This document shows positions 1-11,488 of a stretch of 39,360 nucleotides of DNA, piece by piece. The number at the start of each line of letters is the position of its first letter. The stretch's first letter is position 1. Made by a program: the position numbers and the translations under genes. The notes under the pieces were generated by a model. That model saw only the letters and a program-made list of their open reading frames with translations. It was not told where the DNA came from and did not search any database. Source of the DNA: Candidatus Scalinduaceae bacterium (lineage in GTDB: Bacteria; Planctomycetota; Brocadiia; Brocadiales; Scalinduaceae); assembly GCA_046759445.1 (NCBI GenBank), contig JBHICG010000028.1:1-39360 (forward strand). Reading direction: 5' to 3'.

Positions 1-2
1 GA

Positions 3-89
3 CAGGCAGTATTATTTGATGACGTAATCTCCGAAATCTGCAGTGACATGGAGATCCTTGAAGACCAGAAGAACGAATGGAAGATATAA
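3..89 (+). CDS. 3' end of an unidentified CDS truncated by the window edge
   Basis: Frame 3 is open from the edge (QAVLFDDVISEICSDMEILEDQKNEWKI) to TAA at 87-89; no recognisable motif. Confidence 0.45.
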   Translation, partial: QAVLFDDVISEICSDMEILEDQKNEWKI

Positions 90-242
90 AAGCCGGGGTC
101 AGACTTTAAGGGGGTTATAAGGACACATGTATATGCTCAGTAATTAGGTAACTCTTTTTTACTATAACACTATTAGAATACAATACATAAGACTAAAGTT
201 TATTACTAAATTATTGAGCTAGTACAACACATCCCTTTTTAA

Positions 243-440
243 AACAAGGGTTATACCCTCATAATCCCTGTATTATATGGTCCATTTGAGGGTAGAGAGA
301 AGATTTGGGCTCCTGTAGGACTGGTCGTAATCTCCGGATTGGTTACGTCTACAATATTAACGCTCGTAATTATGCCTACAATCTATTCACTAATAGATGA
401 CTTTGGAAGGTGGATGAAAAAATTATTTGCAATCGCATAG
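243..440 (+). pseudogene. C-terminal fragment of an AcrB/AcrD/AcrF-family RND transporter
   Basis: Manual translation ...WAPVGLVVISGLVTSTILTLVIMPTIYSLIDDF...* resembles the last TM helix of RND permeases (P...VI.GL..ST.LTL...P..Y). In-frame TAA at 240-242 and no start for a full gene. Confidence 0.75.
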
Positions 441-511
441 GGCAACAAATTTTTCTATACTTTCCTCAACTAGCATCCTATAACGTATTAAACTTATAAA
501 ACATTCTTGGG

Positions 512-898
512 TTACCTAATGAAATATTGGCGTCTTACGATGAGGTAAATCACAAATGGGATGAGAAATGCAATGAAAATAGTTCTGATCCTTCCATATC
601 CTAGCAGGATGAAACTTGAAATGGCACTGGTTAAAACATCGGAGGCGTAAAAAAGGGCCAAATAGAAAGCCCAACGTCGAAGGGTCAAAAAGCCGTAACC
701 GAGAGCTATATGCATCGAGGGCTGGGCTGCAAGCACGATCTTGGCCAGAAAACCTGTTACCAGAATGCCAAAGAACTTGGGATTGTAAGCCCAATCAGTT
801 TGAATGATATTGTAAAGCTCTGCTGGACCGCCCAGCAGAAAGAGCACCCCGCATATCATTATGTCTAAAGGCCTCCTGGTCACATCTGAATTTCTCAA
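512..898 (-). CDS. Hypothetical small integral membrane protein (about 4 TM helices)
   Basis: 128-aa ORF with TTG start, several hydrophobic segments and a basic C-terminus. Confidence 0.7.
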   Translation of the reverse strand: MRNSDVTRRPLDIMICGVLFLLGGPAELYNIIQTDWAYNPKFFGILVTGFLAKIVLAAQPSMHIALGYGFLTLRRWAFYLALFYASDVLTSAISSFILLGYGRIRTIFIAFLIPFVIYLIVRRQYFIR

Positions 899-1225
899 AT
901 CAAATCCCTTTATTGGACTTAATCCCGGAAGAATTTAATATGTACAAGTCGATAAACAAAACATAACCTTACTGGACTTGCTGGATCTGTTACTATGCCA
1001 AAAGAACCAATATTTAAACATAAACTTGTTGAGAGCGAGTTTGTCGAAAAAACTGCTCTAACAAATAGTAAAAAGTACTATTTATTCAAGAAGAACTTGC
1101 TCTTCAAAAACCTCACTGTATAAGATATATTATTTTGAGCAACTTTTTCACGGAGTACCAGAAGTAACAACCTCTCCTCTCTATCACCTCCTTCAGGTCC
1201 CAGGTCGATTACGTAATCTGCCGTC

Positions 1226-1918
1226 TTAATAGCATTTATTGCTTGCTAATTCATCGCTCTTAATCAAGCCATCACGCAGTTGAATAACTCGTCTGGCATG
1301 TTTTGAAATGTATTCTTCATGAGTAACCAGTATGATACTATTTCCCTGTTCATAAAGTGTTCGTATAATTGCCATGATTTCTTCACCTGTTTTGCTGTCC
1401 AGATTCCCCGTAGGTTCATCTGCCAAAATAAGGGATGGTTTATTCACCAGAGCCCTGGCAATCGCAACTCTTTGCTTCTGACCACCGGATAGTTCATTTG
1501 GTTTATGTTCCATACGGTCACCGAGACCTACACGTTCTAAGGCTTCTCTGGCTAATTGCTTTCTTTTGGTAAAGGAGAATCCGCTATAAATCAAGGGTAA
1601 TTCAACATTACGCAAAGCAGTTGCACGGTGAAGGAGATTAAATGTCTGGAAAACAAATCCAATCTTTATATTTCGAATTTCAGATAACTGATTGTCATTT
1701 AAGCCACTCACATCTTCGCCGTTAAAATGGTACGTACCCTCGGAAGGTGTATCTAAACAACCCAAAATGTTCATCAACGTAGATTTTCCAGATCCGGAAG
1801 GTCCCATAACAGCTACGTATTCGTTGGTTTCTATGTGCAGGTTGACGTCGTGTAAGGCGGGCACTTCTACTGAACCTAATTTATATGTTTTGGATACATC
1901 CTTCACATCAATGAGCAT
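1226..1918 (-). CDS. ABC transporter ATP-binding protein, MacB/LolD-like
   Basis: Walker [18 protein letters not shown], signature [15 protein letters not shown], Walker [13 protein letters not shown]-loop VTHE. Confidence 0.96.
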   Translation of the reverse strand: MLIDVKDVSKTYKLGSVEVPALHDVNLHIETNEYVAVMGPSGSGKSTLMNILGCLDTPSEGTYHFNGEDVSGLNDNQLSEIRNIKIGFVFQTFNLLHRATALRNVELPLIYSGFSFTKRKQLAREALERVGLGDRMEHKPNELSGGQKQRVAIARALVNKPSLILADEPTGNLDSKTGEEIMAIIRTLYEQGNSIILVTHEEYISKHARRVIQLRDGLIKSDELASNKCY

Positions 1919-1940
1919 TGTCCACCTACCTTAATTGATT

Positions 1941-3140
1941 TTATTCATATCTCAGCGCATCAATAACATTCTCATTGGCAGCACGAATGGCCGGGTATAT
2001 GCCTGCAACTCCACCAATGCCAACACAAATGGCGAAACTGTAACCTATCCAGTTCCACGGCAAAATGAATCCCTCGCCAATATGAAAGTGATTGAAAATC
2101 ATACCGCTAATTACTCCTAATATTCCCCCGAGTATTCCCAATGTCATTGCCTCAATCAAAAACTGTATGAGGATATGAATTTTCTTTGCCCCGATTGCTC
2201 TCCGAATACCGATTTCATGTATGCGTTCGGTTACTGACACCAACATTACATTGGCAATTCCAATGCCTCCAACTATCAGAGAAACAAGCGCAATAATAAT
2301 GATGAAATTGGCTATATCCTTATTTGTTTCTTGAATAGTGGAGAGATATAAATCCTGTCGCCTGACACGGAAATCATTATCCTGCTTTGTGGGTAGTCGA
2401 TGGTTTCGACGTAATATGGTCTCTATATCGAAAAGCGCTTCATCAAAATCCTCTGCAGACCGCATCTGTGCCAGGATACGGGAGAGATAATTTACTCCAT
2501 ACAAGCGTTCCTGTGCGGTTGTCAGCGGGACAAAAACCTGATCATCCGGATTCCACCAGCTTTCTCCTTTTGCTCCCAGTAATCCAATTACCGTAAATCT
2601 CCTTGACATAATCATAATCGTTTCGCCAATGGGCGAATTGTTTCCATATAGCTTTTCGTGGACTGTGGCGCCTAATATACATACACGTGCTCTCCGATTA
2701 AGTTCATCTTGACTAAAAAACCGTCCTTCGATGGGATGCTCGTTATTCACAAATTCATATTCGGGTGCAGTGCCGGTTATGCGGGTTGTCCAAATTTGAT
2801 CTTTAAATTCCACAACCCCACTTGATGAATAAATTGGTACTGCCTCAGAAATGACTTCTGAGGTATTTGTGATTTCTTTGGCATCTTTCCACTTTAGATT
2901 GACAACATTATCTCCGGTACGAATACCGCGCATTCGAGAAAAGCCTGGTTTTATGAGCAGGATGTTTGACCCCAATGACTCCAAACGTTTATTAATCCTT
3001 TGCTGGGTAATTTCACCAAGGACTACAACGTATAGCACGGCTCCGATCCCAACAGCTATTCCGAAGAGGGTTAAGACGGATCGTAAGGGATTTGCCTTAA
3101 GGCTTTGAAGTGCCTCAAGTAAATTTTCATATAGTACCAT
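1941..3140 (-). CDS. ABC transporter permease, MacB/FtsX-like
   Basis: RSVLTLFGIAVG N-terminus, large periplasmic loop, VGGIGIANVMLVSVTERIHEIGIRRAIGA, C-terminal DALRYE. Confidence 0.95.
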   Translation of the reverse strand: MVLYENLLEALQSLKANPLRSVLTLFGIAVGIGAVLYVVVLGEITQQRINKRLESLGSNILLIKPGFSRMRGIRTGDNVVNLKWKDAKEITNTSEVISEAVPIYSSSGVVEFKDQIWTTRITGTAPEYEFVNNEHPIEGRFFSQDELNRRARVCILGATVHEKLYGNNSPIGETIMIMSRRFTVIGLLGAKGESWWNPDDQVFVPLTTAQERLYGVNYLSRILAQMRSAEDFDEALFDIETILRRNHRLPTKQDNDFRVRRQDLYLSTIQETNKDIANFIIIIALVSLIVGGIGIANVMLVSVTERIHEIGIRRAIGAKKIHILIQFLIEAMTLGILGGILGVISGMIFNHFHIGEGFILPWNWIGYSFAICVGIGGVAGIYPAIRAANENVIDALRYE

Positions 3141-3189
3141 TGGTTGACTCCATTAGTACATATTGGAACTTAGTTCGCACCCTTCTCAA

Positions 3190-4368
3190 TTAAGGTGTTG
3201 TTTTGCGTTTGATCGTGCCAAAACTGCGGCTTCTTCTTATCCTGTTTTCACGCCAATCGTTTTCTTCTTTCAATCGTGACGTCATAGGCACACCAAGAAT
3301 GCTGCCTTCTGACAGCCCGGATAAGATTTCAGTCTGCTTAAAATTAGAGAGTCCGATATTTACCTTGTGAAGTACAAATTCACTTCCTTGTTTTAATAGA
3401 ACCGCTCGCTCATTCGATTGCGCTTTAGGCTCTGTTAACGTCTGTAGTGCAATAGTAGGGACTAAGAGAACATTTTCCTGATTTATAGTGGGAATTTCTA
3501 TATCCGTATTCATGCCGGATTTTAATTTACCATCGGTGTTTCCCACCTCTATAATTACGTCAAACAGGGTTACATTCTGCTCAATTTTCGCTTCAGGCGC
3601 AATACGGGCTATTTTTCCATTAAATTTGAGCTGTGGGTAAGCTTCTGCGATAACGGTTGCCTTCTGTCCTGTTTGAATCTTTCCTATATCAATCTCGTCA
3701 ATACCCGCTTCTATGTAAACAGAACTCATATCGGCAATATCAATAATTAAGGTTCCGCCACTTACATTACTTACTCCTGAGGCAATGATCTGGCCTTCTT
3801 CGACATATTTTTGTAGAATAGTACCATCAATTGGGGCACGTACAATTGATTCACTCAGCCGTTCTTTAGCGCGTTCTAGAGCTATTGTCGCTTGGACTAA
3901 CTTTCCCTTAGCAATTGCTAAATTTAGTTCTGTCAGATCTCGCTCTTCTTCTGAAATGAGGTTGTCCTGGAATAACTGATTCTGATGATCAAAAGTAAGT
4001 TGTGCCTGTTTGAGTTCAGCTTTTGCTATACCTGAATTTGCCTGAGTCTGTGCAACTTCCGCCAGTTCATCTTTCTGGTCGAGTCTCGCAATTAGCTCAC
4101 CCTTTTGAATAAGGTCTCCTTCTTCCACCGGCAACTCTTCAATTCGGCCGCTCGCTTTTGACTTTATTTCAATTCGATTGATGGGTTTCACTACACCGTT
4201 GGCCGTGATAATAACTTGAAAAGTACCACGTTCTATCTTAAACTCTTTATATTTTGGGCTGTTCTTCTCGACTTCAGTTGTCTTACTATTTACAAAAAAA
4301 AGAACTGTTCCGGCAATTGAGGCAATCAGGATTAGGCCAATTACAAAGCTCATTTTTAAAAAGCGCAT
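3190..4368 (-). CDS. Efflux periplasmic adaptor (membrane fusion protein), MacA-like
   Basis: N-terminal TM anchor, lipoyl-like halves (KASGRIEELPVEEGD; IVRAPIDGTI), coiled hairpin, IDEIDIGKI, LKSGM; adjacent to MacB-like genes. Confidence 0.93.
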   Translation of the reverse strand: MRFLKMSFVIGLILIASIAGTVLFFVNSKTTEVEKNSPKYKEFKIERGTFQVIITANGVVKPINRIEIKSKASGRIEELPVEEGDLIQKGELIARLDQKDELAEVAQTQANSGIAKAELKQAQLTFDHQNQLFQDNLISEEERDLTELNLAIAKGKLVQATIALERAKERLSESIVRAPIDGTILQKYVEEGQIIASGVSNVSGGTLIIDIADMSSVYIEAGIDEIDIGKIQTGQKATVIAEAYPQLKFNGKIARIAPEAKIEQNVTLFDVIIEVGNTDGKLKSGMNTDIEIPTINQENVLLVPTIALQTLTEPKAQSNERAVLLKQGSEFVLHKVNIGLSNFKQTEILSGLSEGSILGVPMTSRLKEENDWRENRIRRSRSFGTIKRKTTP

Positions 4369-4466
4369 TTTTCCCCTCTTTAGTAATTCGATCTTTTTTA
4401 TGACTATATTCTTTTCTTGAGTTTTAAATTTATCTAATTGAAACTGGTTTTGGACTATACAAAGAC

Positions 4467-7382
4467 TTATTTTTTAGAAAGGAACTCCCTCTTCAAATAC
4501 CTTCCTGTATAAGACCTTTTGCTTTGAGTAATTTTCTCCGGGGAACCAGCGGCAACAACATATCCTCCTTTGTCACCGCCATCAGGTCCCAGGTCTATTA
4601 TGTAGTCTGCCGTCTTTATGACATCAAGATTATGTTCAATAACTATAACCGTATTTCCCATATCCGTCAATCTGTGAAGTATCTTTAAAAGGTTTTGTAT
4701 GTCTGCAAAGTGCAATCCTGTGGTCGGTTCGTCCAATATGTAAAGTGTTTTTCCAGTGCTTTGTTTTGCCAGTTCAGTTGATAATTTTATCCTTTGCGCC
4801 TCACCACCAGAAAGAGTCGTGCTGGACTGTCCAAGCGTTATGTATCCCAAACCCACGTCATGTAATGTCCTTAATATGCGTTCTATACTTGGAATATTCC
4901 TAAAAAATTCATGCGCTTCGTCTACACGCATATCCAGTATATCAGAAATATTTTTGCCTTTATAGGTTATTTCCAATGTTTCCGGATTGTATCGTTTCCC
5001 TCTACATTGCTCGCATATCACAAACATATCTGGCAGAAAGTGCATTGAAAACTTCTTTAAACCCTGTCCCTCGCATAATTCGCATCGACCACCTTTTACA
5101 TTAAAACTGTAACGACCGGGTTTGTATCCTCGTATCTTTGATTCCTTTGTCTGGGCAAATATTCTCCTTATATGATTAAATAGATCCGTATATGTTGCGG
5201 GGTTAGAACGCGGTGTGCGTCCAATTGGAGATTGATCTATTTCAATAACCTTATCAATATTTTCTATACCCGTTATCTTGTCAAATTTACCTGGTTTACG
5301 GCGACTACCGTAAATCGCTTTCATTAATGCCCTGCGCAAGATCTGGCTTGTAAGTGTGCTCTTACCTGATCCTGAAACTCCAGTTATACAGCAAAAAACC
5401 TTTAAGGGAATCCTGACATCGATTGATTTAAGGTTGTTTTCCCTTGCGCCTTTTATCAGGATTGAATTTTTAAGGTCTATTTTTTTTCTATATCTGGGGA
5501 TTTCTATCTTGAGTTTATGATTAAGGTACTGTGAGGTTAATGATTCGTTACTGGATTTAACCTCATGAACAGTACCTTTTGCCACAATCTTACCTCCATG
5601 TTTGCCGGCGCCTGGTCCCAGATCAACGACATAATCAGCGTTGCGTATAGTTTCTTCATCATGTTCTACAACTATTACGGTATTGTCTAAATCTTTTAAT
5701 TTTTTCAGTGTATTAATCAACCTTTTATTATCTCTCAGGTGCAGGCCTATCGTTGGTTCATCCAGTACGTAACACACTCCAACCAGACCAGTTGCGACCT
5801 GGGTAGCCAATTGAATCCTTTGTGTTTCTCCTCCTGCAAGTGTGTTACTTCTTCTATCCAGTGTCAAATAATGCAACCCTATATCACACATAAAATTCAA
5901 TCGAACCATAATTTCTTTTAATATCCCTCTTGCAATAATTTCTCTTCCACCTTCAAATTTGAGAGATTTAAAAAAACTTAATGCCTCATCTACAGTCATT
6001 AAAGTGACTTCATTAATCGTCTTACTATTAATCTTCACCGCTAGAGCTTCAGGTCTTAATCTTGCTCCTTTACAAGCTTCACATGCGTCATATTCCATAT
6101 ATCTTTCAAGACGTTTGATAACATCACTACTATTCGTCCTTTCGTACACACGCAACAAATTTGGGATGATGCCTTCAAAACTCTCAGAGTTATTAACGCC
6201 TTTTTGTCTTCCCTTATCTCCAGAAACTTCGGCAAATAAAAGCTCGTCTTTTGTTTTTTTAGAGATTTGTGTCTTGCCGTATAATAAAATGTCTTCGATT
6301 TTTTTATTAAGCTTTTTGAAAGGGACCTTGAGGTCTACATCGTATTTTCTGGAAAAGTTATCCAGTAAATCATTATAATGTCTTTGTGTAATTGAACTCC
6401 AATTGGACCATGCATGAACGGCCCCTTCACTTAAACTCAATTCTTTGTTCGGACAGATCAGTTCTGGATCAAAGTACAATGTCATTCCAAGGCCTTCACA
6501 ATCCTTGCATGCTCCATATGGACTGTTAAAGGAAAACATTCTAGGGACAAGCTCATCATAACCTATCCCGCAGTGAGGACAGGAATAACGTTCACTAAAA
6601 ACCATGTCATACCACTTCCCCCTCTTTTCTTTGGTAATAATTACCACTCCTCGTCCCAGTTCCAAGCCCGTATTTACAGAATCGTAAAGCCTTTTGTGGA
6701 TATCACCCTTAACTACCAACCTGTCTACGACAATATCAATATCATGTATTTTATACCTGCTCAGTTTAATATCAACGTTTACGTCAAAGATGTTTCCATC
6801 AACCCGCACACGCACGAAACCCTTGCGCTTTGTCGTTTGAAAAATCTCTTTGTGCTCACCTTTCTTACCCTTAATGATGGGTGCCAGAATCATAATCTTT
6901 GTCCCTTCAGGGATCTGATATACTCTTTGTAAAATCTGTTCTACTGTTTGCCTTGTTATTGCAGTACCACAATTATGGCAATAGGGTTCTCCTGCTTTGG
7001 CAAAAAGGAGACGTAAGTAATCATATATCTCAGCTGTAGTGGCGACTGTGGAGCGTGGGCCTGTATTGCTTGTGCGTTGTTCAATTGCAATTGTAGGCGG
7101 AAGACCTTCAATGATATCAACGTCCGGCTTTTGCATTTGATCAAGGAATTGTCTTGCATATGAGGAAAGGCTTTCTATATAACGTCGTTGCCCTTCCGCA
7201 TAAATAGTATCAAAGGCCAGAGAGGATTTCCCAGAACCGCTGACACCCGTTATGACCACAAACTTATCTCTGGGTATGTCGATATTTATACTTTTGAGGT
7301 TATGCTGTCTTGCACCCTTTATAGATATGTGGTTATTAATTGCATGTTTATAAAAATTACTTGTTGATTTTTTTGTTCGCAT
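4467..7382 (-). CDS. uvrA: Excinuclease ABC subunit A
   Basis: GARQHNLK, two Walker A GVSGSGKS motifs, [14 protein letters not shown], CxxC zinc fingers, [19 protein letters not shown]. Confidence 0.99.
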   Translation of the reverse strand: MRTKKSTSNFYKHAINNHISIKGARQHNLKSINIDIPRDKFVVITGVSGSGKSSLAFDTIYAEGQRRYIESLSSYARQFLDQMQKPDVDIIEGLPPTIAIEQRTSNTGPRSTVATTAEIYDYLRLLFAKAGEPYCHNCGTAITRQTVEQILQRVYQIPEGTKIMILAPIIKGKKGEHKEIFQTTKRKGFVRVRVDGNIFDVNVDIKLSRYKIHDIDIVVDRLVVKGDIHKRLYDSVNTGLELGRGVVIITKEKRGKWYDMVFSERYSCPHCGIGYDELVPRMFSFNSPYGACKDCEGLGMTLYFDPELICPNKELSLSEGAVHAWSNWSSITQRHYNDLLDNFSRKYDVDLKVPFKKLNKKIEDILLYGKTQISKKTKDELLFAEVSGDKGRQKGVNNSESFEGIIPNLLRVYERTNSSDVIKRLERYMEYDACEACKGARLRPEALAVKINSKTINEVTLMTVDEALSFFKSLKFEGGREIIARGILKEIMVRLNFMCDIGLHYLTLDRRSNTLAGGETQRIQLATQVATGLVGVCYVLDEPTIGLHLRDNKRLINTLKKLKDLDNTVIVVEHDEETIRNADYVVDLGPGAGKHGGKIVAKGTVHEVKSSNESLTSQYLNHKLKIEIPRYRKKIDLKNSILIKGARENNLKSIDVRIPLKVFCCITGVSGSGKSTLTSQILRRALMKAIYGSRRKPGKFDKITGIENIDKVIEIDQSPIGRTPRSNPATYTDLFNHIRRIFAQTKESKIRGYKPGRYSFNVKGGRCELCEGQGLKKFSMHFLPDMFVICEQCRGKRYNPETLEITYKGKNISDILDMRVDEAHEFFRNIPSIERILRTLHDVGLGYITLGQSSTTLSGGEAQRIKLSTELAKQSTGKTLYILDEPTTGLHFADIQNLLKILHRLTDMGNTVIVIEHNLDVIKTADYIIDLGPDGGDKGGYVVAAGSPEKITQSKRSYTGRYLKREFLSKK

Positions 7383-8889
7383 CAGACATCTTCTTCCAAT
7401 CCTGAATCAATTGAACTAATAGGCGCACACCCACTCCAGTAGCGCCTTTTCTTATATATGGTGTGTCTCTTTCTACCAAGAAGGTTCCTGCAATATCAAG
7501 GTGAACCCATGGAAACTCTTCTACAAACTTACCTAAAAAACATGCTGCCGTGATAGCGCCTGCATATCGTCCGCCAATATTTTTGACATCAGCTATAACG
7601 CTCTTTAGCAGGTCGTAATATTCATCCCATAGTGGTAATTCCCATACTCTTTCATAACATTTATCAGCGGCTTTTTTTACTCTGTTTTTAAGTTCATCAT
7701 TATTTCCAAACATACCTGATGCAAAGGTGCCTAAGGCCACAACACAAGAACCCGTTAATGTAGCTAGGTCTATTACGGTGTCTGGCTTATACCTCTTTGC
7801 ATAACTAAGCGCATCTGCCAGTATCAGGCGACCTTCGGCATCTGTATTTAAAACCTCTACCGTCTTTCCTGACATACATTTGATAATATCACCAGGTTTC
7901 AGTGCTGTGCCACTAGGCATGTTTTCTGAACAAGGTACCAGCCCGACAAGATGTACTGAAGGTTTAAGTTTTGGTATAGCCATAAAAGTGCCAAGAACAG
8001 CAGCAGCGCCTGCCATATCAGCCTTCATTAAGTCCATATCCTTAACTGGTTTTAAGGATATCCCCCCGGAGTCAAATGTTATGCCCTTACCTATTATGAC
8101 AATTGTATCATTAGTTTTTTTCCTGGTGTTATATTCGAGAATAATAAATTTGGGTGGTTGAGTACTACCTCTAGAAACATTCAAAATACCACCCATGCCA
8201 AGCTTACGCATATCGGGCTTAGACATAATTTTGCATTTGATGCCTGCTTTTTTTGCAATCTCCTTTGCTTTGTTTGCAAGGAAAGTTGGTGTGGCATCAC
8301 TACTAGCCATATTTACTATGTCACGCGCAAAGCTTACTGCGTCAGCTACAACCTGAGTATCTTTAACTACAGTTTTAACCTTTCCTAACTTGTCTTTTTT
8401 TTGTAAGAGCAAGGTAAAATTGTTAATGTCTGCTTTCTCTTCCTTTTTTAATGTTTTGTACATAGTAAAGTTATATAACGACAATAAAACACCCTCTACA
8501 ATTGAACGGGTAGTGTCCTCTATGGGAATATCCTTATAGTTCGTATTGTATAATAACATCTCAAAGTTTTTGAGTTTTTTTCCTTGAATTGTTCTTGCCG
8601 TAGTACCAGCTGCCTGTCGAATCTTATCCGATGATAATTCCTTCGATTTACCCAGTCCAACTAACATAAGCCTTTTCGGTTTGATCTTCTTATTGGTTGG
8701 AATCATTAAAACTTCATTTAATTTTCCAGTAAAATCATTGCTTTCAAGCAAATTGGAAATAACATTCCCGGAGGCTTTATTAAGTGCGTCTAATTCAGCA
8801 GGTATCTCTTTCGCATCCTCAAAAAGGCTTATTACAATTACGTCCGTTAATTCTTTTTCGGCTCTGCCAGATTTTACTGATATCTTCAT
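7357..8889 (-). CDS. pepA: Leucyl aminopeptidase (M17 family)
   Basis: GKGITFDSGG, MKADMAGAA, NTDAEGRL, WVHLDIAG. ATG at 8889 follows GGAGG/GAGG (alternative GTG at 8898); 3' end overlaps the first uvrA ATG by 26 nt. Confidence 0.97.
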   Translation of the reverse strand: MKISVKSGRAEKELTDVIVISLFEDAKEIPAELDALNKASGNVISNLLESNDFTGKLNEVLMIPTNKKIKPKRLMLVGLGKSKELSSDKIRQAAGTTARTIQGKKLKNFEMLLYNTNYKDIPIEDTTRSIVEGVLLSLYNFTMYKTLKKEEKADINNFTLLLQKKDKLGKVKTVVKDTQVVADAVSFARDIVNMASSDATPTFLANKAKEIAKKAGIKCKIMSKPDMRKLGMGGILNVSRGSTQPPKFIILEYNTRKKTNDTIVIIGKGITFDSGGISLKPVKDMDLMKADMAGAAAVLGTFMAIPKLKPSVHLVGLVPCSENMPSGTALKPGDIIKCMSGKTVEVLNTDAEGRLILADALSYAKRYKPDTVIDLATLTGSCVVALGTFASGMFGNNDELKNRVKKAADKCYERVWELPLWDEYYDLLKSVIADVKNIGGRYAGAITAACFLGKFVEEFPWVHLDIAGTFLVERDTPYIRKGATGVGVRLLVQLIQDWKKMSDANKKINK

Positions 8890-8988
8890 TTGCCTCACCC
8901 TCCAAGAAAGAAAATAAAATAGAATAATTTTTTGAATAATCTTAGCAATATACTAATATTATACAAATAAAAAGAGAATCTTTTTCTT

Positions 8989-9017
8989 TTGACAATCACA
9001 GAATTTTAAATTAGAAT
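8989..9017 (+). promoter_or_regulatory. Sigma70-type promoter for the PPIase gene
   Basis: TTGACA (8989-8994), 17 nt, TAGAAT (9012-9017); about 60 nt upstream of ATG 9076 with GGAG RBS. Confidence 0.75.
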
Positions 9018-9075
9018 TTTATTTCATTTCTACAATAAAATACAAACACTTTAGAAACCAACAGCGGAGAAAACT

Positions 9076-10437
9076 ATGAAAATAAGGACTATCATAACGT
9101 TAGTTATATTGGGTATTACACTTTCATTAATAAATGCGTGTAGTAAAAAAGAAGAAAAAACTGGCCATTTTTCTTTTAGTGGCGGTGGAGGAGGGGGTAA
9201 CCTAAATTATGAACAACAGGCATTACAAATGGAGAAGGATGATCTTGCTAAGTTAGGCAGTGGGAAGGGAGCACATGGAAAACCATTTGGTGGAAAAGGT
9301 GAAGAATTATTAAAAAACCAGGATTTTGACAAGATCCATGAAGGTGTTACAGGAATTAAAAAGGATCCAAACGAAGTAATAGCTATAGTTAATGGTGAGA
9401 ATATACTTCGTTTGGAGCTTGACAGAATACTGGATAAGGTCAAAAACAAGGTTAGTAGATCAAAGATATATACTGTTGAAAAGCGGATTTTAGATGATTT
9501 AACTACACAGCTTTTACTAAAACAATTTATTAGAAAAGAAAATATCCAAATTGATCAGAATCGCGTTGAGGAAGAGATAAATAAATTTAGGGAAAATCTT
9601 AAGAAAAACCCTGATACCAAGGATAAGAGTCTTGAGACGGTCCTTGAAGAAAGAGGTGGAAGTATAGAAGAGCTGAGAGTCGCTCTGGACATTTCATTTG
9701 CAATAGATGATTACTTAGAGAAGACAGTGCCAGAAGAAGAAATAAAAGAATATTTTACTAAAAACATAGGTAATTTTAATGGGGAAACTGTTACAGTAAG
9801 CCACATTTTCATAGACACAAGAAACATAAAAGATGAAGAGAAATTAAAAGAGGCGAAAGAGAACATAGAAAAAATAAAAGAAAAACTTGATAAAGGCGCT
9901 GATTTTGCCGAACTTGCTGGAGAAAACTCTGATTGTCCTTCTGCAAATAATGGTGGGCAATTAGGAACTCTTGGTAGAGGTGAAATGGTAGATGAATTTA
10001 CGGAAACAGCATTTGCTACGGACGTGAATAGCATAAGTGAACCCGTAAAGACCCAATTTGGTTACCACATAATAAAGGTTACAGGAAAACAAGAGGGGAA
10101 AGAGGTTAAATATGAAGATACAAAGGATAAAGTTAAGGTTGCACTTTTCAATGGGAAAACCATAAGCTTGATACAAGAGTTAAATAAAAACGCTGATATA
10201 CAGATTTTGTTGAAAGAAACACCACAACCAGCAGGAAGTTTGCATGGTTCATATGGCAGCTCACACGGTGGCGTCTCTGCTCATGGAAGCATGTCCGGCG
10301 GTGGCCATGCCTCCATGTCTGGCGCTTCTCCTCATTGGAATGTACCAAGCGGCAACTCCCCACACGGGAAGACATACAAGAAGGAAAAAAAGTCATCCGA
10401 AGAAAGTATTGAGGAAAGCTTTAGCCTTTCACATTAA
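9076..10437 (+). CDS. PpiC/parvulin-type peptidyl-prolyl isomerase lipoprotein (PrsA/SurA-like) with His/Gly/Ser-rich tail
   Basis: Lipobox-like INAC, IAIVNGENI SurA-like N-domain, VSHIFI, DFAELAGENSDCPS..GGQLG, SEPVKTQFGYHIIKV. Confidence 0.92.
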   Translation: MKIRTIITLVILGITLSLINACSKKEEKTGHFSFSGGGGGGNLNYEQQALQMEKDDLAKLGSGKGAHGKPFGGKGEELLKNQDFDKIHEGVTGIKKDPNEVIAIVNGENILRLELDRILDKVKNKVSRSKIYTVEKRILDDLTTQLLLKQFIRKENIQIDQNRVEEEINKFRENLKKNPDTKDKSLETVLEERGGSIEELRVALDISFAIDDYLEKTVPEEEIKEYFTKNIGNFNGETVTVSHIFIDTRNIKDEEKLKEAKENIEKIKEKLDKGADFAELAGENSDCPSANNGGQLGTLGRGEMVDEFTETAFATDVNSISEPVKTQFGYHIIKVTGKQEGKEVKYEDTKDKVKVALFNGKTISLIQELNKNADIQILLKETPQPAGSLHGSYGSSHGGVSAHGSMSGGGHASMSGASPHWNVPSGNSPHGKTYKKEKKSSEESIEESFSLSH

Positions 10438-10703
10438 GGACTAGTTAGTACTAGAGAATTTCCGATCCAACTTTGTTATTTTCTCTAACTGGGTTAGAAT
10501 GGGTTGGAAAGTTTATACATAATGGCAAATTGCGCTAGTTATCTGCAGAATAACAAGATATTCTGATAACACATAAATAATAAATTTGAGTATTAGAGTG
10601 TAAATATTTTAGTTGGGTTTCTGGATTATGGCAATAACTGAATTGAATTTATTTGCCCTGATTCAGAGACCCATTTTATTATAACCCAAAAATAATTTAT
10701 AAA

Positions 10704-11465
10704 ATGAATCCACAGTTGTTTATAAAATTATCCGTTTTCTTATTCTGGAGTTCGTTATTTATATACACCGCTTACTGGATAATCGGTTTCTTTGGTAAAA
10801 GGCTACGGTTTTATGTTCTGCTAAGCGGGATTATTCTACATACGGCTGCAATAACCTTCAGAGGAATAGCTATAGAATACTTTCCCTTAACAAACAAATT
10901 TGAGTCATTCAGCGCATTTACACTGGCTACGTTTGTTGTTCTTTTATTTCACTCTAAGATCGAAAGCTATGTGTACAGAATGTCTCTGTTTTTTGTAGGA
11001 TATTGCTTTTTCGTTGCAGCTTCTTTTTTTTCCAAGCATCTATCATACGCACCACCACTTATGTTGACGATATGGTATATTCTTCATGTCCCAATATCTT
11101 TCTTTTGTTATGCATTGTGGACGAGTTCGTCTGCTGCGGCAATGGCAAGGTATTTCTCTACTGGAAACAAAAGACAATTTGAACAAATAATAGATTCTGG
11201 TTTTCAATATGGCCTGATAGCTTTCTCAATCTCGATGATATTTGGAGGTCTGTGGGGATATGTAGCCTGGGGGTCTTACTTCTTGTGGGATCCAAAGCTG
11301 CTATGGTCTGTGATTATCTGGTTCTTTTATGCGACATGCATTCACCTTGATTTTTGGTCTGAAGCTAAATGGCTAAAGACACCGTTAGCTATAGTCGGGT
11401 TCCTGATACTACTGACTACTTATGTTGGCACAAGTTTCTTTGCACGGAGTTCACATAGTTTTTAA
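10704..11465 (+). CDS. ccsA: Cytochrome c biogenesis protein CcsA/ResC (system II)
   Basis: PLTNKFES, WYILHVP, WWD-domain variant GGLWGYVAWGSYFLWDPK, CIHL, C-terminal HSF; multiple TM helices. Confidence 0.9.
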   Translation: MNPQLFIKLSVFLFWSSLFIYTAYWIIGFFGKRLRFYVLLSGIILHTAAITFRGIAIEYFPLTNKFESFSAFTLATFVVLLFHSKIESYVYRMSLFFVGYCFFVAASFFSKHLSYAPPLMLTIWYILHVPISFFCYALWTSSSAAAMARYFSTGNKRQFEQIIDSGFQYGLIAFSISMIFGGLWGYVAWGSYFLWDPKLLWSVIIWFFYATCIHLDFWSEAKWLKTPLAIVGFLILLTTYVGTSFFARSSHSF

Positions 11466-11488
11466 ACCCAAAAAAGGTGTAATAATCT

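Noticed and set aside
1038..1156. Possible degenerate MITE (gaaaaaactgctc ... gagcaactttttc)
   Set aside because: Arms are short and mismatched and no target duplication is visible.
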